Part shown: positions 1-12,879 of the stretch, one piece after another
How positions within the stretch are numbered: the first letter of the stretch is position 1
How the letters are laid out: each line of letters opens with the position of its first letter
NCBI RefSeq assembly: GCF_963921235.1
Contig: NC_086097.1
Coordinates: 252,900,001-252,964,000 of the forward strand
Origin: Mobula hypostoma
Lineage: Eukaryota
Reading direction: 5' to 3'
Length of the DNA stretch: 64,000 bases
Position numbers and translations under genes: made by a program
The notes under the pieces: model-generated
Databases searched by the model: none
Seen by the model: only the letters and a program-made list of their open reading frames with translations
Told to the model about the DNA's origin: nothing

Positions 1-420
1 AGGGAAATTGGGTTTCATTACAGCTGCACCAACCAAGAATAGAGTGTAAGTACAGCAATACAAAAAACCCCAACAATCAAACACCAAAATGCAAACTATG
101 CCAGATGGAAAATAAGTCCAGGACCAGCCTATTGGCTCAGGGCATCTGACCCTCCACGGGAGGAGCTGCAAAGTTCGATGGCCACAGGCAGGAACGACCT
201 CCCGTGCCGCCCAGTGTTGTATCTCGGTGGAATATGGCCGGAGTCCAACAGTAAAAAGTTCAATATCCGGTCTACAAACACGTTCCTCGATCGTAATATG
301 ACCCAGATTGCACCATCTGTTGTTAACCAGAACAGTAAGCACCCAACTCCTTTACGCTTACCGCTCTCAGTGCACTTCCGGTCAGCCGGAACGGTCTGGA
401 CACCGTCCATGGAGAAGTTT
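1..420 (-). mobile_element. Rex1/Babar-type LINE 3' end (decayed)
   Basis: ORF 129..410 ends RYNTGRHGRSFLPVAIELCSSS, matching the R-x-x-T-x-R...SFxPxAIRLLN C-terminus of the other Rex1-type copies here, followed by a T-rich 3' UTR. Confidence 0.5.
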
Positions 421-432
421 TGATCGGGTATG

Positions 433-1165
433 TTCTGGCCTCACTAGCACGTGGCACAGGCAGCAATCCTGAGATCACACCGGAGGTCCTGCCCTTTAAC
501 TTAGCACTGAACTCCCTCTGCAGAACCTCATCACTCATCCTACCCATGTCATTGGCATCTACATGACCACGACTTCTCGATGTTCACCCTCCCACTTAAG
601 AATGCTGAGAACTCGATCCAAGATCTCCCAGGTCCTGACACCCAGGAGGCAACATACCATCCGGTAATTTCATTCTCGCCCACAGAATCTCCTGCCCATT
701 CCTCTAACTAATGAATCCCCTAGTACCAGAACGTGCCTTTTCTCCCCCTTTCTCTCCTGAATCACAGAGGCAGGCTCAGTGCCAGAGACCTGCCCACTAT
801 GACTTGCCTTTGTTAGGCCAACCTCCTGAATAGTATCCAAAGTGACGTACCTGTTGTTGAGGGGGATGGCCACAGGGTACTCTGCACTGGCTCCTTAACC
901 CCTTTCCCCTTCCTGACTGTCACCCAGGTTCCTGTGTCTGGTACCTTGAGTGTAACTATCTCTCTGTATGTCCCATTCATTATCCGTTCAGCCTCCCAAA
1001 TGATCCAGAGTTCATCCAGTTCCAGCTCCAGCTCCTTGATGTGGATTGTTCGAAGCTGAGCTGGGTGACTTCTCACAGTTGTAATCACCAGGGACACTGG
1101 GGATCTCCTTGCCTTCCCACATCCTGCAAGAGGTGCATTTTATTATTCTGCCCGGCATCTCTATG
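433..1165 (-). pseudogene. CR1 LINE ORF1 remnant (coiled-coil + SGNH/GDSL esterase domain), frameshifted
   Basis: Fragments IKELELELDELWII, VLVLGDSLVRG and EVLQREFSAKLKGRTSGVISGLLPVPRAS; clearly homologous to 41896..42500. Confidence 0.8.
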
Positions 1166-1539
1166 GTCCTAACTGAAGAATAAAAAGAATAAACTGAAGG
1201 ATATAAAGAAGGGATGAAAAATAGAGGGTTGTTTGGAAGGAAACATTGAGATTGATCTTAGAGTAGGTTAAAATGTTGGCACAATATTGTGGGCTGTAGT
1301 GTTCTATGTTCTATCTATGAGTCTGCAATAACATGCCATGTAAATTGTTGGGGTATCTATGTTAAAACACAAAACACAATAAACACTCACCCTCCGTTTA
1401 CAAAATATACACCTTGTGAGCTTTGGCTGGGGCAGTTCAAATTGAAAGCAGCTATGAGTGTTACTGCTTCAAATCCTCAGCCAAGAACTTCCCCTAATCA
1501 TCAATGGTAGTCATCTATGTGTCACCATGTATTAAAGTC

Positions 1540-1920
1540 CTAAGGTTCCTTAAGGCTGTCATAGCCAGGGATGTGTTGGGATAAGCACTATTAAATGCTC
1601 CCAATGGCGTGTACCTCAAATAGCCTCTGACAACCGAGTCCAGCTCCTGGCCTTCGCGTGTGGCTTAGCTACTACATCCAGCAGAACCATTTCTACTGAC
1701 AGGAGAGTGAGCAAAGGCAGGCTACTGGGACCTTGAAACCAGTCACCGGGCAAATGGGGCTTGTCAGCCATGGTTGGCAGCTCATCTAGGAGAAGGAAAA
1801 CTCTGATCTCAAACCTCCGCTGCTGTGTGGCTAAACCCACTCATGGGAAAGTCTTTGGGAGTAAATCCCAGCGAAAATTCTGGAGCTGGAGTCCCTGAGG
1901 CAGTCCTGTGTTGAGTCTGC
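1540..1920 (+). mobile_element. RTE-like non-autonomous element fragment
   Basis: Same family in reverse orientation at 12290..12740 and 32540..32905 (shared ggttggcagctcatctaggagaaggaaaactc block). RTE assignment is inferred. Confidence 0.5.
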
Positions 1921-2111
1921 CACATCCACGGTCGACCCTGACGAATGGAGGGCGTCAGTAGTTTCAGTCCTGAAGGAATGGGGAACACATTCCAAGAAGG
2001 TTAATTATGTCACCTTAGGTTGGCAGTATCTTTGAAGAAAGTCATCCATTTGTTCATTGGAGTTTCTAAATTATTTCCAGTTTTCTATTTTTTTCCCAAC
2101 TTCAGAACATA

Positions 2112-2178
2112 TAGTGCTGTGCAAAATTCTTCAGCACCCTAGCTATATAAGTGTGCCCGAGGCTTTGGCCCAGTACTT
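2112..2178. mobile_element. Tiny Tc1/mariner-like MITE remnant
   Basis: Degenerate terminal inverted repeats agtgctgtgcaaaattct / ggctttggcccagtact; a second copy lies at 10945..11041. Confidence 0.45.
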
Positions 2179-2895
2179 TACATAAATCAGACCTATCATT
2201 TTATCAGTATTATTATTATATATTTCCAGATACGGTGTGTTAATTCCAACAAAACAGCTATTTTATACAGATCCCCCACCCCGTCAGATTTCATTATTAA
2301 ATCCCTTGGTTATTACAAACACTTATTCTTTCCAACTCGATTTCAACATTGAAGAGAAGTTAGGATTGGTACATGGATGTTAGGGGTCTGGGTGCAGGTT
2401 GATGGGAGTAGGCAGAATAATACTTAAGCATGGACTAGATGGGCTGAAGGGCCTGTGTCTGTGCTGCAGTTTTCTATAACTCTATGACTCTAAAAGCCGA
2501 CAGATCAAACAAATTTTTCATTGTGCTTCTTTGCTTAACCAAATGATCTTGTTTTGTTGTTTCAGAAATGTATGCTTCTGAATAGAATCAGATTATTTTT
2601 TCACGGTTACTGAAATGGAGCTCACGTAGATCCAGACTTTCATCCCCTGGACTTTTAGTTACCCCCACTGTGTTTACCGTGGATCAGAGAATAATCCCCC
2701 ATTAGCCTGAAGTGCACTTTCCTGCATTCCACAGCATGGGCTTCCTTATCTGACAGAATATGCTCAACATGTTAGGTACTTTTCTCAGCACGTGTATCAC
2801 GGAGAGCACAGTAACTTGTTGTATCACCATCTGGAATGGCGAGGCCACTGCACAGGATTGGAAAAAGTTACACAAAGTTGTAAACACAGCCAGCT

Positions 2896-5800
2896 CCTTC
2901 TCTGGCAGATGGTAAGAGTGGGCTCCCTCACCTGCACCTCACTGACTCTCAATACAGGAGCCCCTCAGGGCTGTGTACTGAGTCCCCTCCTTTACTCCCT
3001 GTATACCCATTACTGTGTCACCACCCGCAGCTGTAATCTGCTCATTAAATTTGCCGACAACACTATATTGATTGGCCTAATCTCAAACAATGACGAGGTA
3101 ACCTATAGGGAAGAAGTCATCTCTCTGACACAGTGGTGTCAAGAAAACAACCTCTCCCTCAACGTCACAAAAACAAAGGAGCTGGTTGTGGATGACAGGA
3201 GGAACGGAGACAGGCTAACCCCTATTGACATCAATGGATCTGGGGTTGAGAGGGTGAGCAGCTTTAAGTTCCTTAGCATACACATCACCGAGGACCTCAC
3301 GTGGTCTGTACACACTACCTGTGTGGTGAAAAAGGCACAACAGCACCTAACTCTAGTGGGTGTTTTTTTTTATATAGACCACCCAATAGTAACAGGGACA
3401 TCGAGGAGCAGATAGGGAGACAGATTCTGGAAAGGAGTAATAATAACAGGGTTGTTGTGATGGGAAATGTTAATTTTCAAATGTTGATTGGCATCTCCCT
3501 AGAGGGAGGGGTTTAGATGGGGTGGCGTTTGTAGGTGTGTTCAAGAAGGTTTCTTGACACAATATGTAGATAAACCTACAAGAAGAGAGACTGTACTTGA
3601 TCTGGTATTGGGAAATGAACCTGGTCAGGTGTCAGGTCTCTCAGTGGGAGAGCATTTTGGAGATAGTGATCAAAATTCTATCTCCTTTACCATAGCATTG
3701 GAGAGGGATAGGAACAGACAAGTTAGGGAAATGTTTAATTGGAGTAAGGGGAATTATGAGGCTATTAGGCAGGAATTTGGAAGCATAAATTGGGAACAGA
3801 TGTTCTCAGGGAAACGTACCGAAGAAATGTGGCAAATGTTCAGGGGATATTTGTGTGGACTTCTGCATAAGTACATTCCAATAAGACAGAGAAAGGATGG
3901 TAGGGTACAAGATCCGTGGTGTACAAAGGTTGTTGTAAATCTAATCAAGAAGAAAAGGAGCTTACGAAAGGTTCAGAAAACTAGGTAATGATAGAGATCT
4001 AAAAGATTATAAGGCTAGCAAGAAGGAGCTTAAGAATGAAAGTAGGAGAGCCAGAAGGGGCCATGAGAAGGCCTTGGTAAACAGGATTAAGGAAAACCCC
4101 AAGGCATTCTACAAGTATGTGAAGAGCAAGAGGATAAGACGTGAGAGAACAGTACCAATCAAGTGTGACAATGGAAAAGTGTGTATGGAACCGGAGGAAA
4201 CAGTGGAGGTACTTAATGAATACTTTGCTTCAGTATTCACTACGGAAAAGGATCTTGGCGATTGTAGGCATGACTTACAGCGGACTGAAAAGCTTGAGCA
4301 TGTAGACATTAAGGAAGAGGATGTGCTGGAGCTTTTGGAAAGCATCAAGTTGGATAAGTCACCGGGACGGGATGGGATGTACCCCAGGCTACTGTGGGAA
4401 GTGAGGGATGAGATTGCTGAGCCTCTGGCGATGATCTTTGCATCATCAATGGGGACGGGAGAGGTTCCAGAGGATTAGAGGGTTGCGGATGTTGTTCCCT
4501 TATTCAAGAAAGGGAGTAGAGATAGCCCAGGAAATTATAGAACAGTGAGTCTTACTTCAGTGGTTGGTAAGTTGATGAAGAAGGTCCTGAGAGGCAGGAT
4601 TTATGAACATTTGGAGAAGCATAATATGATTAGGAATAGTCAGCTGGTTTTGACAAAGGCAGGTCATGCCTATGAGCCTGATTGAATTTTTTCAGGATGT
4701 GACTAAACAAATTGATGAAGGTAGAGCCGTAGATGTAGTGTACATGGATTTCAGCAAGGCATTTGATAAGGTACCCCATGCCAGGCTTATTGAGAAAGTA
4801 AGGAGGACAGTGCTTTGTGGATCCAGAACTGGCTTGCCCACAGAAGGCAAAGAGTAGTTGTACATGGGTCATAATCTGCATGTTGGTCGGTGACCAGTGG
4901 TGTGCCTCAGGGATCTGTTCTGGGACTCCTACTCTTTGTGATTTTTATAAATGACCTGGATGAGGAAATGGAGGGATGGGTTAGTAAATTTGCTGATGAC
5001 ACAAAGAGTGGGTGTGTTCTAGATAGTGTGGAGGGCTGTCAGAGGTTACAATGGGGCATTGATAGGATGCAAAACTGGGCTGAGAAGTGGCAGATGGAAT
5101 TCAACCCAGATAAGTGTGAGGTGGTTCATTTTGGTAGGTCAAATATGATGGCAGAATATAGTATTAATGGTAAGACGCTTGGCAGTGTGGAGGATCAGAG
5201 GAATCTTGGGGTCTGAGTCCATAGGACACTCAAAGCTGCTACGCAGGTTGACTATGTGGTTAAGAAGGCATAGGGTGCATTGGCCTTCATCAATTGTGGG
5301 ATTGATTTTAAGAGCCAAGAGGTAATATTGCAGCTATATATAGGACCCTGGTCAGACCCCACTTAGAGTATTGTGCTCAATTCTGTTCGCCTCACTACAG
5401 GAAGGACATGGAAACCATAGAAAGGGTGCAGAGGAGATTTACAAGGATGTTTCCTGGATTTGGAAGCATGCCTTATGAGAATAGGTTGAGTGAACTCGGC
5501 CTTTTCTCCTTGAAGCAACGGAGCATGGAAGTTGACCTGATAGAGGTGTATAAGATGATGAGAGGCATTGATCGTGTCGATAGTCAGAGGCTTTTCCCCA
5601 GGGCTGAAATGGCTAGCACGAGAGGGCACAGTTTTAAGATGCTTGTAAGTAGGTACAGAGGAGATGTCGGGATAAGTTTTTTACACAGAGAGTGGTGAGT
5701 GTGTGGAATGGGCTGCCAGCGGTGGAGGCGGAAAAGATAGGGTCTTTTAAGAGACTCCTGTATGGATACATGGAGCTTAGAAAAACAGAGGACTATGGGT

Positions 5801-6427
5801 AAACCCTAGGCAGTTCTAAGGTAAGGACATGTTCGGCACAGCTTTGTGGGCTGAAGGGCCTGTATCGTGCTGTAGGTTTTCTATGTTTGTAGCGCCTCTT
5901 TCACCTCAGATGGTTGAGGAAGTTTGGTATGGGCTCCCAAATCCTAAGAACTTTCTACAGAGGCACAATTGAGAGCATCCTGACTGGCTGCATCACTACC
6001 TGGTATGGGAACTGTACCTCCCTCAATCGCAGGACTCTGCAGAGAGTGGTGCGGACAGCCCAGCGCATCTGTAGATGTGAACTTCTCACGATTCAAGACA
6101 TGTACAAGGACAGGTGTGTAAAAAGGGCCCATAGGATCATTGGGGACCCGAGTCACCCCAACCACAAACTGTTCCAGCTGCTACATCCGGGAAACAGTAC
6201 CGCAGCATACAAGCCAGGAACAACAGGCTCTGAGACAGCTTCTTCCACCAGGCCATCAGACTGATTAACTCATGCTGATTAGAGTGTTACATTGACTGTT
6301 CTATTTATTGTAAATTATTATAAATTACTATGATTACACATTGCACATTTAGACAGAGACATAATGTAAAGATTTTTACTCCTCATGTATGTGAAGGATG
6401 TAAGAAGTAAGGTCAATTCAATTCAAT
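2896..6427 (+). mobile_element. Rex1/Babar-type LINE (5'-truncated), split by a CR1 insertion at 3349..5890
   Basis: [44 protein letters not shown] (ORF 2792..3415) resumes at 5891 with LRKFG..YRGTIESILTGCITTWYG; ends in an (ATTCA)n tail. Confidence 0.85.
3349..5890 (+). mobile_element. CR1 LINE ORF2 (partial endonuclease + RT + 3' UTR), degenerate
   Basis: YRPPNS, GDSDQN, KSPGRDGMYPRLL, DFSKAFDKVPH, GVPQGSVLG, FADDTK with stops and frameshifts; TSD agcacct (3342..3348) / agcgcct (5891..5897). Confidence 0.92.
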
Positions 6428-6524
6428 AGGCACTAGCCTCGCCTGCATTGAGGACACCTCCAAAAGGTGATGCCTCAAAAAGGCAGCATCGATCACTGAG
6501 GGACCCATCACTGAGGACATGCCC

Positions 6525-6656
6525 GGCACTCATTAAGAAGAGAAAATCTGTAGATGCTGGAAATCTGACTGACACACTCAATATGCTGGAGGAACTGAGC
6601 AGGCCAGGCAGCATCTGTGGAAAACAGAATAGTTTTAGGCCGAGGCTCTTCGGTAG
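6525..6656 (-). mobile_element. Short Penelope pLTR-derived insert (degenerate)
   Basis: Matches the gatgctgcctggcctgct..ccagcatctgcaga end of the Penelope copies; sits in a Rex1 remnant between gccc/gccc. Confidence 0.55.
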
Positions 6657-6879
6657 GCCCTCTTCTCATTGCTACCATCAGGGAGGAGGCACAGGAGCCT
6701 GAAGACACACACTCAGATTCCGGAACAGCTTCTTCCCCTCCGCCATCAGATTTCTGAATGGACAACGAACCCATAAACACCAGCTCGTTACTTTTTCAGT
6801 TTTTATTAATATATATTGCAATGTACAGCTGCCACAAAACAAGAAGTTTTGTGACATATGCCATTGAATCTGACTCTGA

Positions 6880-7575
6880 TTCAAAGTTCAAAGTAAAATT
6901 TATTATCAGGGTACGTACGTGTCACCACATACAACCCTGAGATTCTTTTTCCTGCGGGCATACTTAGCAAATCTATAGAATAGTAACTGTAAACAGGATC
7001 AATGAACAATAAACTGTGTAAATGCAAATATAAATAAATAGCAGTAACTAACGAGAGTATGATATAACAATATAACAGAGTCCTTAAATGAGTATGCTTA
7101 TCCCTTTTTGTTCAAGGGCTTGATGATTAAGGGATAGGAACTGTTCTTGAACCTGGTGGTGTGAGTCCTGAGGCACCTGTACCTTCTACCTGATGGCAGC
7201 AGTGAGAAAAGAGCATGTCCTGGGTGGTGAGGATCTTTGATGATGGGTGCTGCTTTTCTACGGCAACATTTCATGTCGATGTGCTCAATAGTAGGAAGGA
7301 CTTTACTCGTGATACACTGAACTGAATCCATTACCTTTTGTAGGGTTCTCTGCTCAAAGGCACTGGTGTTCCCACACCAGGCTGTAATGCAGCCAGTCAG
7401 CACACTTTCCACCACACATCTATAGAAGTTTGCCAAGGGTTTTGATGACATGCCAGATTTCCGCAGACGCCTGAGGAAGTAAATGTACGGATGTGCTTTC
7501 GTCACAATAACGTTTATATGATGGGTCCATGACAGGTCTTCTGAGATAGTTAAACACAGGAATTTGAAGGTAGTA
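6880..7575 (-). mobile_element. Rex1/Babar-type LINE 3' part
   Basis: ORF 7098..7667: FKFLCLTISEDLSW..YRCVVESVLTGCITAW..LLPSGRRYR..TTRFKNS; further remnant at ~10500..10600 beyond a CR1. Confidence 0.8.
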
Positions 7576-7599
7576 CCCCAGCTACCTCTGATCCTCCAA

Positions 7600-10470
7600 T
7601 AATTAGAGCATAAGAGAGGAATTAGGACAATTGTCCCATTGAGTTGCTCCATCCACCACTTAATCATGGTGATCCTCTTTTTTTTCCTTCAGCCTCACTC
7701 CCCAGCCTTCTCCCTGTAACTTTTGATGTTGTGTCCAATCAAGGACCTATCAAGCTCTGCCTTCAATATACCTAACTACCTGGCCTTCACAGCTCTTACG
7801 GTAATAAATTCCACAAATTCACCAGGCTCTGGCTAAACAAATTTTTCCGCATCTCTATTTTGAAAGGGTGCCCCTCTATCCTGAGGCTGTTCCCTCTTGT
7901 CCTAGACTCTCCCACCGTGGGAGACATCCTTTCCACATCTACCATGTCTAGGCTTTCAATATTCAAAAGGTTTCAATGAGATCCCCATTCATCCTTCTAA
8001 ATTCCAACTAGTACAAATCCAGATCTATCAAAACGTTTCTCGGATGATAACCCTTTCATTCCCAGAATCATCCTCATGAACCTCCTCTAGACCCTCTCCA
8101 ATGTCAGCACATCTTTTCTTACATGAGGAGCCCAGAACTGTTCACAATACTCAAGGTGAGGCCTCACCAGTGTCTTATAAAGCCTCAGCACCACATCCTT
8201 GCTCTTGTATTCTAGACCTCTTGAAATGAAGGTTAACATGGCATTTGCCTTCCACTCCACTGACTCTATCTGCAAGTTAACCTTTCGGGTGTTCTACACA
8301 AGAACTCCCAAGTCCCTTTGCATCTCAGATTTTTGGATTTTCTCCCCATTTAGAAAATAGCCTGCATCGTTATTTCTTCTACCAAAGTGCATAACCATGC
8401 ATTTTCCAACACTGTATTTCATTTTCCACTCTCTTGCCCATTCCCCTAATCTAAGTCCTTCTGCATCCTACCTGTTTATTCAACACGATCTGCCCCTCCA
8501 CCATTCTTCGTATCATCTGCAAACTTGGCAACAAAACCATCTATTCCATCATCTAAATCATCTATATATATATAGGCATCCATTAGACTCGTGAGACCAT
8601 GGATTTGCGCCTTGAAAGGTTTCCAGGGCTCAGGCCTGGGCAAGGTTGTATGGAAGACCAGCAGTTGCCCATGCTGCAAGTCTCCCCTCTCCACGACACC
8701 AATGTTGTCCAAGGGAAGGGCATTAGGACCCATACAGCTTGGCACCAGTGTCGTCACAGAGCAATGTGTGATTAAGTGCCTTGCTCAAGGACACAACACG
8801 CTGCCTCGGCTGGGGCTTGAACTAGTGACCTTCAAATCACTAGATGAATGTCTTAACCACTTGGCCAGGTGCCAACACTAAATCATTTATATACAGCATA
8901 AAAAGAAGTGGTCCCAACACTGACCCCTGCAGAACACCACTGGTCACTGATAGCCATCCAGAAATGGATCCTTTTATTCCCATTCCCTGCCTCCTACCAA
9001 TCAACCAGTGTTCTAACCATATTAGTAACTTTCTTGTAACACCATGGGCTCTTAACTTGGTAAGCAGCCTCATGTGTGGCACCTTGTCAAAGGCCTTCTG
9101 AAAATCCAAATATACAACATCCACTACAACCCCTTTATCTGTCCTACTTGTAATCTCCTCAAAGAATTCCAACAGGTTCATCAGGCAATATTTTCCCTTA
9201 AGGAAACCATGCAGTCTTTGTCCTATCTTGTCCTGTATCACTAAGTTCTGCATCACCTCATCCTTAACAATTGATTCCAACATCTTCCCAACCACTGAAG
9301 TCTGGCTAACTGGTCTATGATTTCCTTTCTGCTGCCTTCCTCTGCTCTTAAATAGTGGAGTGACATTTGCAATTTTCCAGTAAAGTGATTTTTATAAGAT
9401 CATTACTAATACCTCCACAATCTCTACCACTACCTCTTTCAGAACCCGAGGGTGCAGTTCATCTGGTTCGGGTGACTTATGTACCTTCAGGTCTTTCAGC
9501 TTTTTGAGCACCTTCTCCCTTGTAATAGTAACTGCACTCACTTCTCTTCCCTCACACCCTTCAACATCAGGCACACTGCTAGTGTCTTCCACAGTGAAGA
9601 CTGATGCAAAATACTCATTTAGTTCATCTGCCATCTCTTTGACCTTCGTTATTATTTCTCTAGTCTCATTTTCTGGTGGTCCTATATCCACTCTCATCTC
9701 TCTTTTATTTTTTACATACTTGAAAAAGCCTTTACTTTGATATTGTTTGCCTGCTTGCTTTCATATTTTATCTTTTCTCTCCTAATGATTCTCTTAGTTG
9801 CTCTCTATAGGGTTTTTAAATCTTCCCAACCCTCTGTCTTACTGCTTTGTTTTTGCTTTGTTGTATGCCTTTTCTTTTGCTTTTACATTAGCTTTGACTT
9901 CCCTTGTCAGCCATGGTTGTACTATTATGCCATTTGAGTATTTCTTTGTTTTTGGAATACATCTATCCTGCAGCTTTCTCATTTTTCCCAGAAACGCACG
10001 CCATTGCTGCTCTGCTGACATCCCTGCCAGCAGCTCCTTCCAATGTACTTTGGCCAACTCCTCTGTCATACCACTGTAATTTCCCTTACTCCACTGAAAT
10101 ACTGCTACATCAGACTTTACTTTCTCCCTATCAAATTTCAAGTTGAACTCAATCATATTGTGATCACTGCCTCCTAAGGGTTCCTTTACCTCAAGTTCCC
10201 TAATCACCTCTGGTTCATTACATAACACCCAATCCATTAAAGCAGATCCCTAGTAGGCTCAATGACAAACTGCTCTAAAAATCTATCTCTTAGGCATTCA
10301 ACAATCTCACTCTCTTGCGATCCATTACCAACCTAATTTTCCCAATTGACCTGCGTGTTGAAATCTCCCATGACTATCATAACATTGCCCTTTTGATATA
10401 CTTTTTCTACTTCCTGTTGTAATCTGTGGTCCACGTACCACCTACTGTTGGGAGGTCTGTATATAATTGC
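7600..10470 (-). mobile_element. CR1 LINE ORF2, degenerate, with a SINE inserted
   Basis: GSDHNMIEF, KSPEPDELHPRVLKE, YLDFQKAFDKVPH, GVLQGSVLGP, FADDTK, LYKTLVRPHLEYC in several frames. Confidence 0.9.
8569..8877 (-). mobile_element. tRNA-derived SINE
   Basis: Head with A-box TGGCCAAGTGG and B-box-like GTTCAAGCC, then tgtgtccttgagcaaggcactt; TSD ctaaatcat(c/t)tatata; copies at 34196..34507 and 56153..56498. Confidence 0.85.
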
Positions 10471-10944
10471 CACCAGGGTGCTTCCCCCTCCACCACCCCC
10501 ACCCCCTCTGGGATTACTGGCTCATGGACCTCAGGTTTCTTGGTCTTATTGACTTTGAGTGAAAGGTGGTTGTTATTCCACCAGTCAGAATCACTGATTG
10601 GAGTGTTGCTCTCTACCCAATGTGTTAATGCTCTTAGAACACAAGACTCAGCAAAGGGTATGAACAGTCAGTCAGGCTTTTCAAAATGTGAAAGGCATCT
10701 GGCAAACCCCAGTTTTCCATTAGTAACAGGTTTAAAATTGATCAACTTTCATTCAATTATATTTTAACTAATATTTTTGACTGTAAGCAGAAGTTAGATA
10801 GGCACTAGAGGTGAGGGAAATAGGGGGATATATTTATTATGTAGGCTGAAGAGATTAGTTTAGTTGGCAATTTGATCAAGAGCTTGCTCCATGGAAGAGC
10901 CTGTTCCTGTACTAAACTGTTTGATGCTCATGCTCTGTGATCTG

Positions 10945-11041
10945 CAGTACTGTGCAAAAGTCTTACACACCCTAGCTTATATATATGTATATTTATGTGT
11001 GTATTATAGGCTATATATATATAGACCTTTGCACAGTATTT
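10945..11041. mobile_element. Tiny Tc1/mariner-like MITE with (TA)n interior
   Basis: TIRs cagtactgtgcaaaagtct / agacctttgcacagtattt. Confidence 0.5.
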
Positions 11042-11139
11042 TACATCTGTAAAATAGACAAGTGTTGAACTTTTGAATCAGTTTGAGGATGAATCACATT
11101 GTTTTATATTTAAATATTTTAAGTTTCAATTTTATAAGG

Positions 11140-11765
11140 GCTGTATTGAAAATAGACCATTACAGCACAGTGCAGGCCCTTTGGTCCACAATGTTGTGCT
11201 GATCTTTAACCTACTCGAAGATCAATCTAACCCTTCCCTCCTATGTAGCCCATCATTTTTCTATCATCCATGTGTCTATCTAAGACTTTCTCAAATGTCC
11301 CTATAAAATTAACATACCCTAAGGTGATTTGAGGAAAGTATCAGGGCGATGTCAGAGGCAAGTTTTTTTACACAGAGTGATGGGTGCGTTGAATGCCCTA
11401 TAGGGTTGGTGTAGAAACAGATACATTAGGGACATTTAAGAGTCTCTTAGATAGGCACAAGAGGTACCTGCAAGCTCGATTTCAATGTTAAAGTGAAGTT
11501 TGGATAGGTACATGGATGGCGGGGGTATGGAGGCCGATGGTCTTGGTGCAAGTGGATGGGAGTAGGCAGAGTAATGGTTTGGCATGGTCTAGATGGGCTA
11601 ATGGGCCTGTTTCTGTGATATACTTTTCCATTACTCTATAACTCTAAAAATGGAGAGCCATGTGGCAGGAAGGGGTTAGACTGATCTTGAAATAGGTTAA
11701 AAGGTCAGCAGAACATTATGGGCTGAGAGGCCTGTACTGTGCTGTAATGCTCTAAGTTTCTGTGT
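11140..11765. mobile_element. Cluster of CR1 3'-end fragments (both orientations)
   Basis: Recurrent CR1 3' UTR motifs (gggcctgt..tgtgctgta..tctat). Confidence 0.65.
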
Positions 11766-12289
11766 AATCTGTTTTAATTCTGTACACTTTCCCTTTTTCC
11801 CTTGACAAGCACTAACTGACAGGAGCATCTTCAAACACTTAGCTCCCTTCAAGCAGAGTTCGATTTCTTACCATTAATAACCCAAGTGCCTGATAACATG
11901 AAGAACAAAGACCTTCCTTAGAAATACTTTCCTGGTATTAAATGATGACCAGCTCTTATTACCTTGTCTAAAGTCTATCTTCAACCCAGTGCAGGTGTAC
12001 ATTGAGTTGAAACGTGTTGCCTGAAATCAGTGGTTGCGATCGGAAAAGCCAGCATTCAGCTGCTTAAACATTATTAAGTCTGGGACCCACGCACGTGCTG
12101 TCACACGTGAACTCAGAGACTTATCGAGTGACAGACGGCGCCCAATCTGTCACCAGGATCTATTGCTGGGCTCTACCTGTGGTTAAACAGCAGACCCTGT
12201 CTGAATGGGAATCGCTGATATTATGCTTGGGAAATCACCTCACCAGCAGAACACTGTAACAAAATATCTGTCGCAGAATCCCAGGGAGG

Positions 12290-12740
12290 GAAGGCTCCCC
12301 ACTGGTTGGGGTAGATCACAGATATGGAGAGCAAGTTGTTCCCCCTCTCCATGCAGTTGATGAACTCAAAGGAACGCAGAGACCGATACAGTTTGGCACC
12401 AGTGGCATCACAGGAGTTGTCAGTCAGTGTTGAAATCAATGTAGGGAATTCTTAGGGAATCCAGCCTGGGATTTTTCCTTCAGGGTTTATTCCCAAAGCC
12501 TTCCCCATGAGGGGGTATAGCCAAAAGGCAGTGGAGGGCTGAGATGCGAGTTTTTCTTCTCCTAGATGAGCAGCCAACCACAGCAGATGAGACCCTTTGC
12601 CCCTTCTCCTGTCAGTAGAAATGGTTCCACTGGGCTTAATAGCTAAGCCAATGTGAAGACCAGGAGCTGGACCTGGTCTTCATAGACTATTTGAAAGGCA
12701 TGTTATTGGCAGTATTTAATAGGTAATGGGAACTTATCCA
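12290..12740 (-). mobile_element. RTE-like non-autonomous element fragment
   Basis: Reverse-complement similarity to 1540..1920; same-strand similarity to 32540..32905. Confidence 0.5.
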
Positions 12741-12879
12741 CACTACCGCTCCCACCATCACCCCACCCTGGACAATACAAAACAGAGCAACCACAAAACC
12801 TGAGACCGTAGATATTTTAATCAGAGGTCCTAGCCTTGGACAAGGAGGTAAAGTAAGCATTAATTTTTGTTATCTAGTG

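Noticed and set aside
1938..1944. Hammerhead core CTGACGA
   Set aside because: No stem II followed by GAAA.
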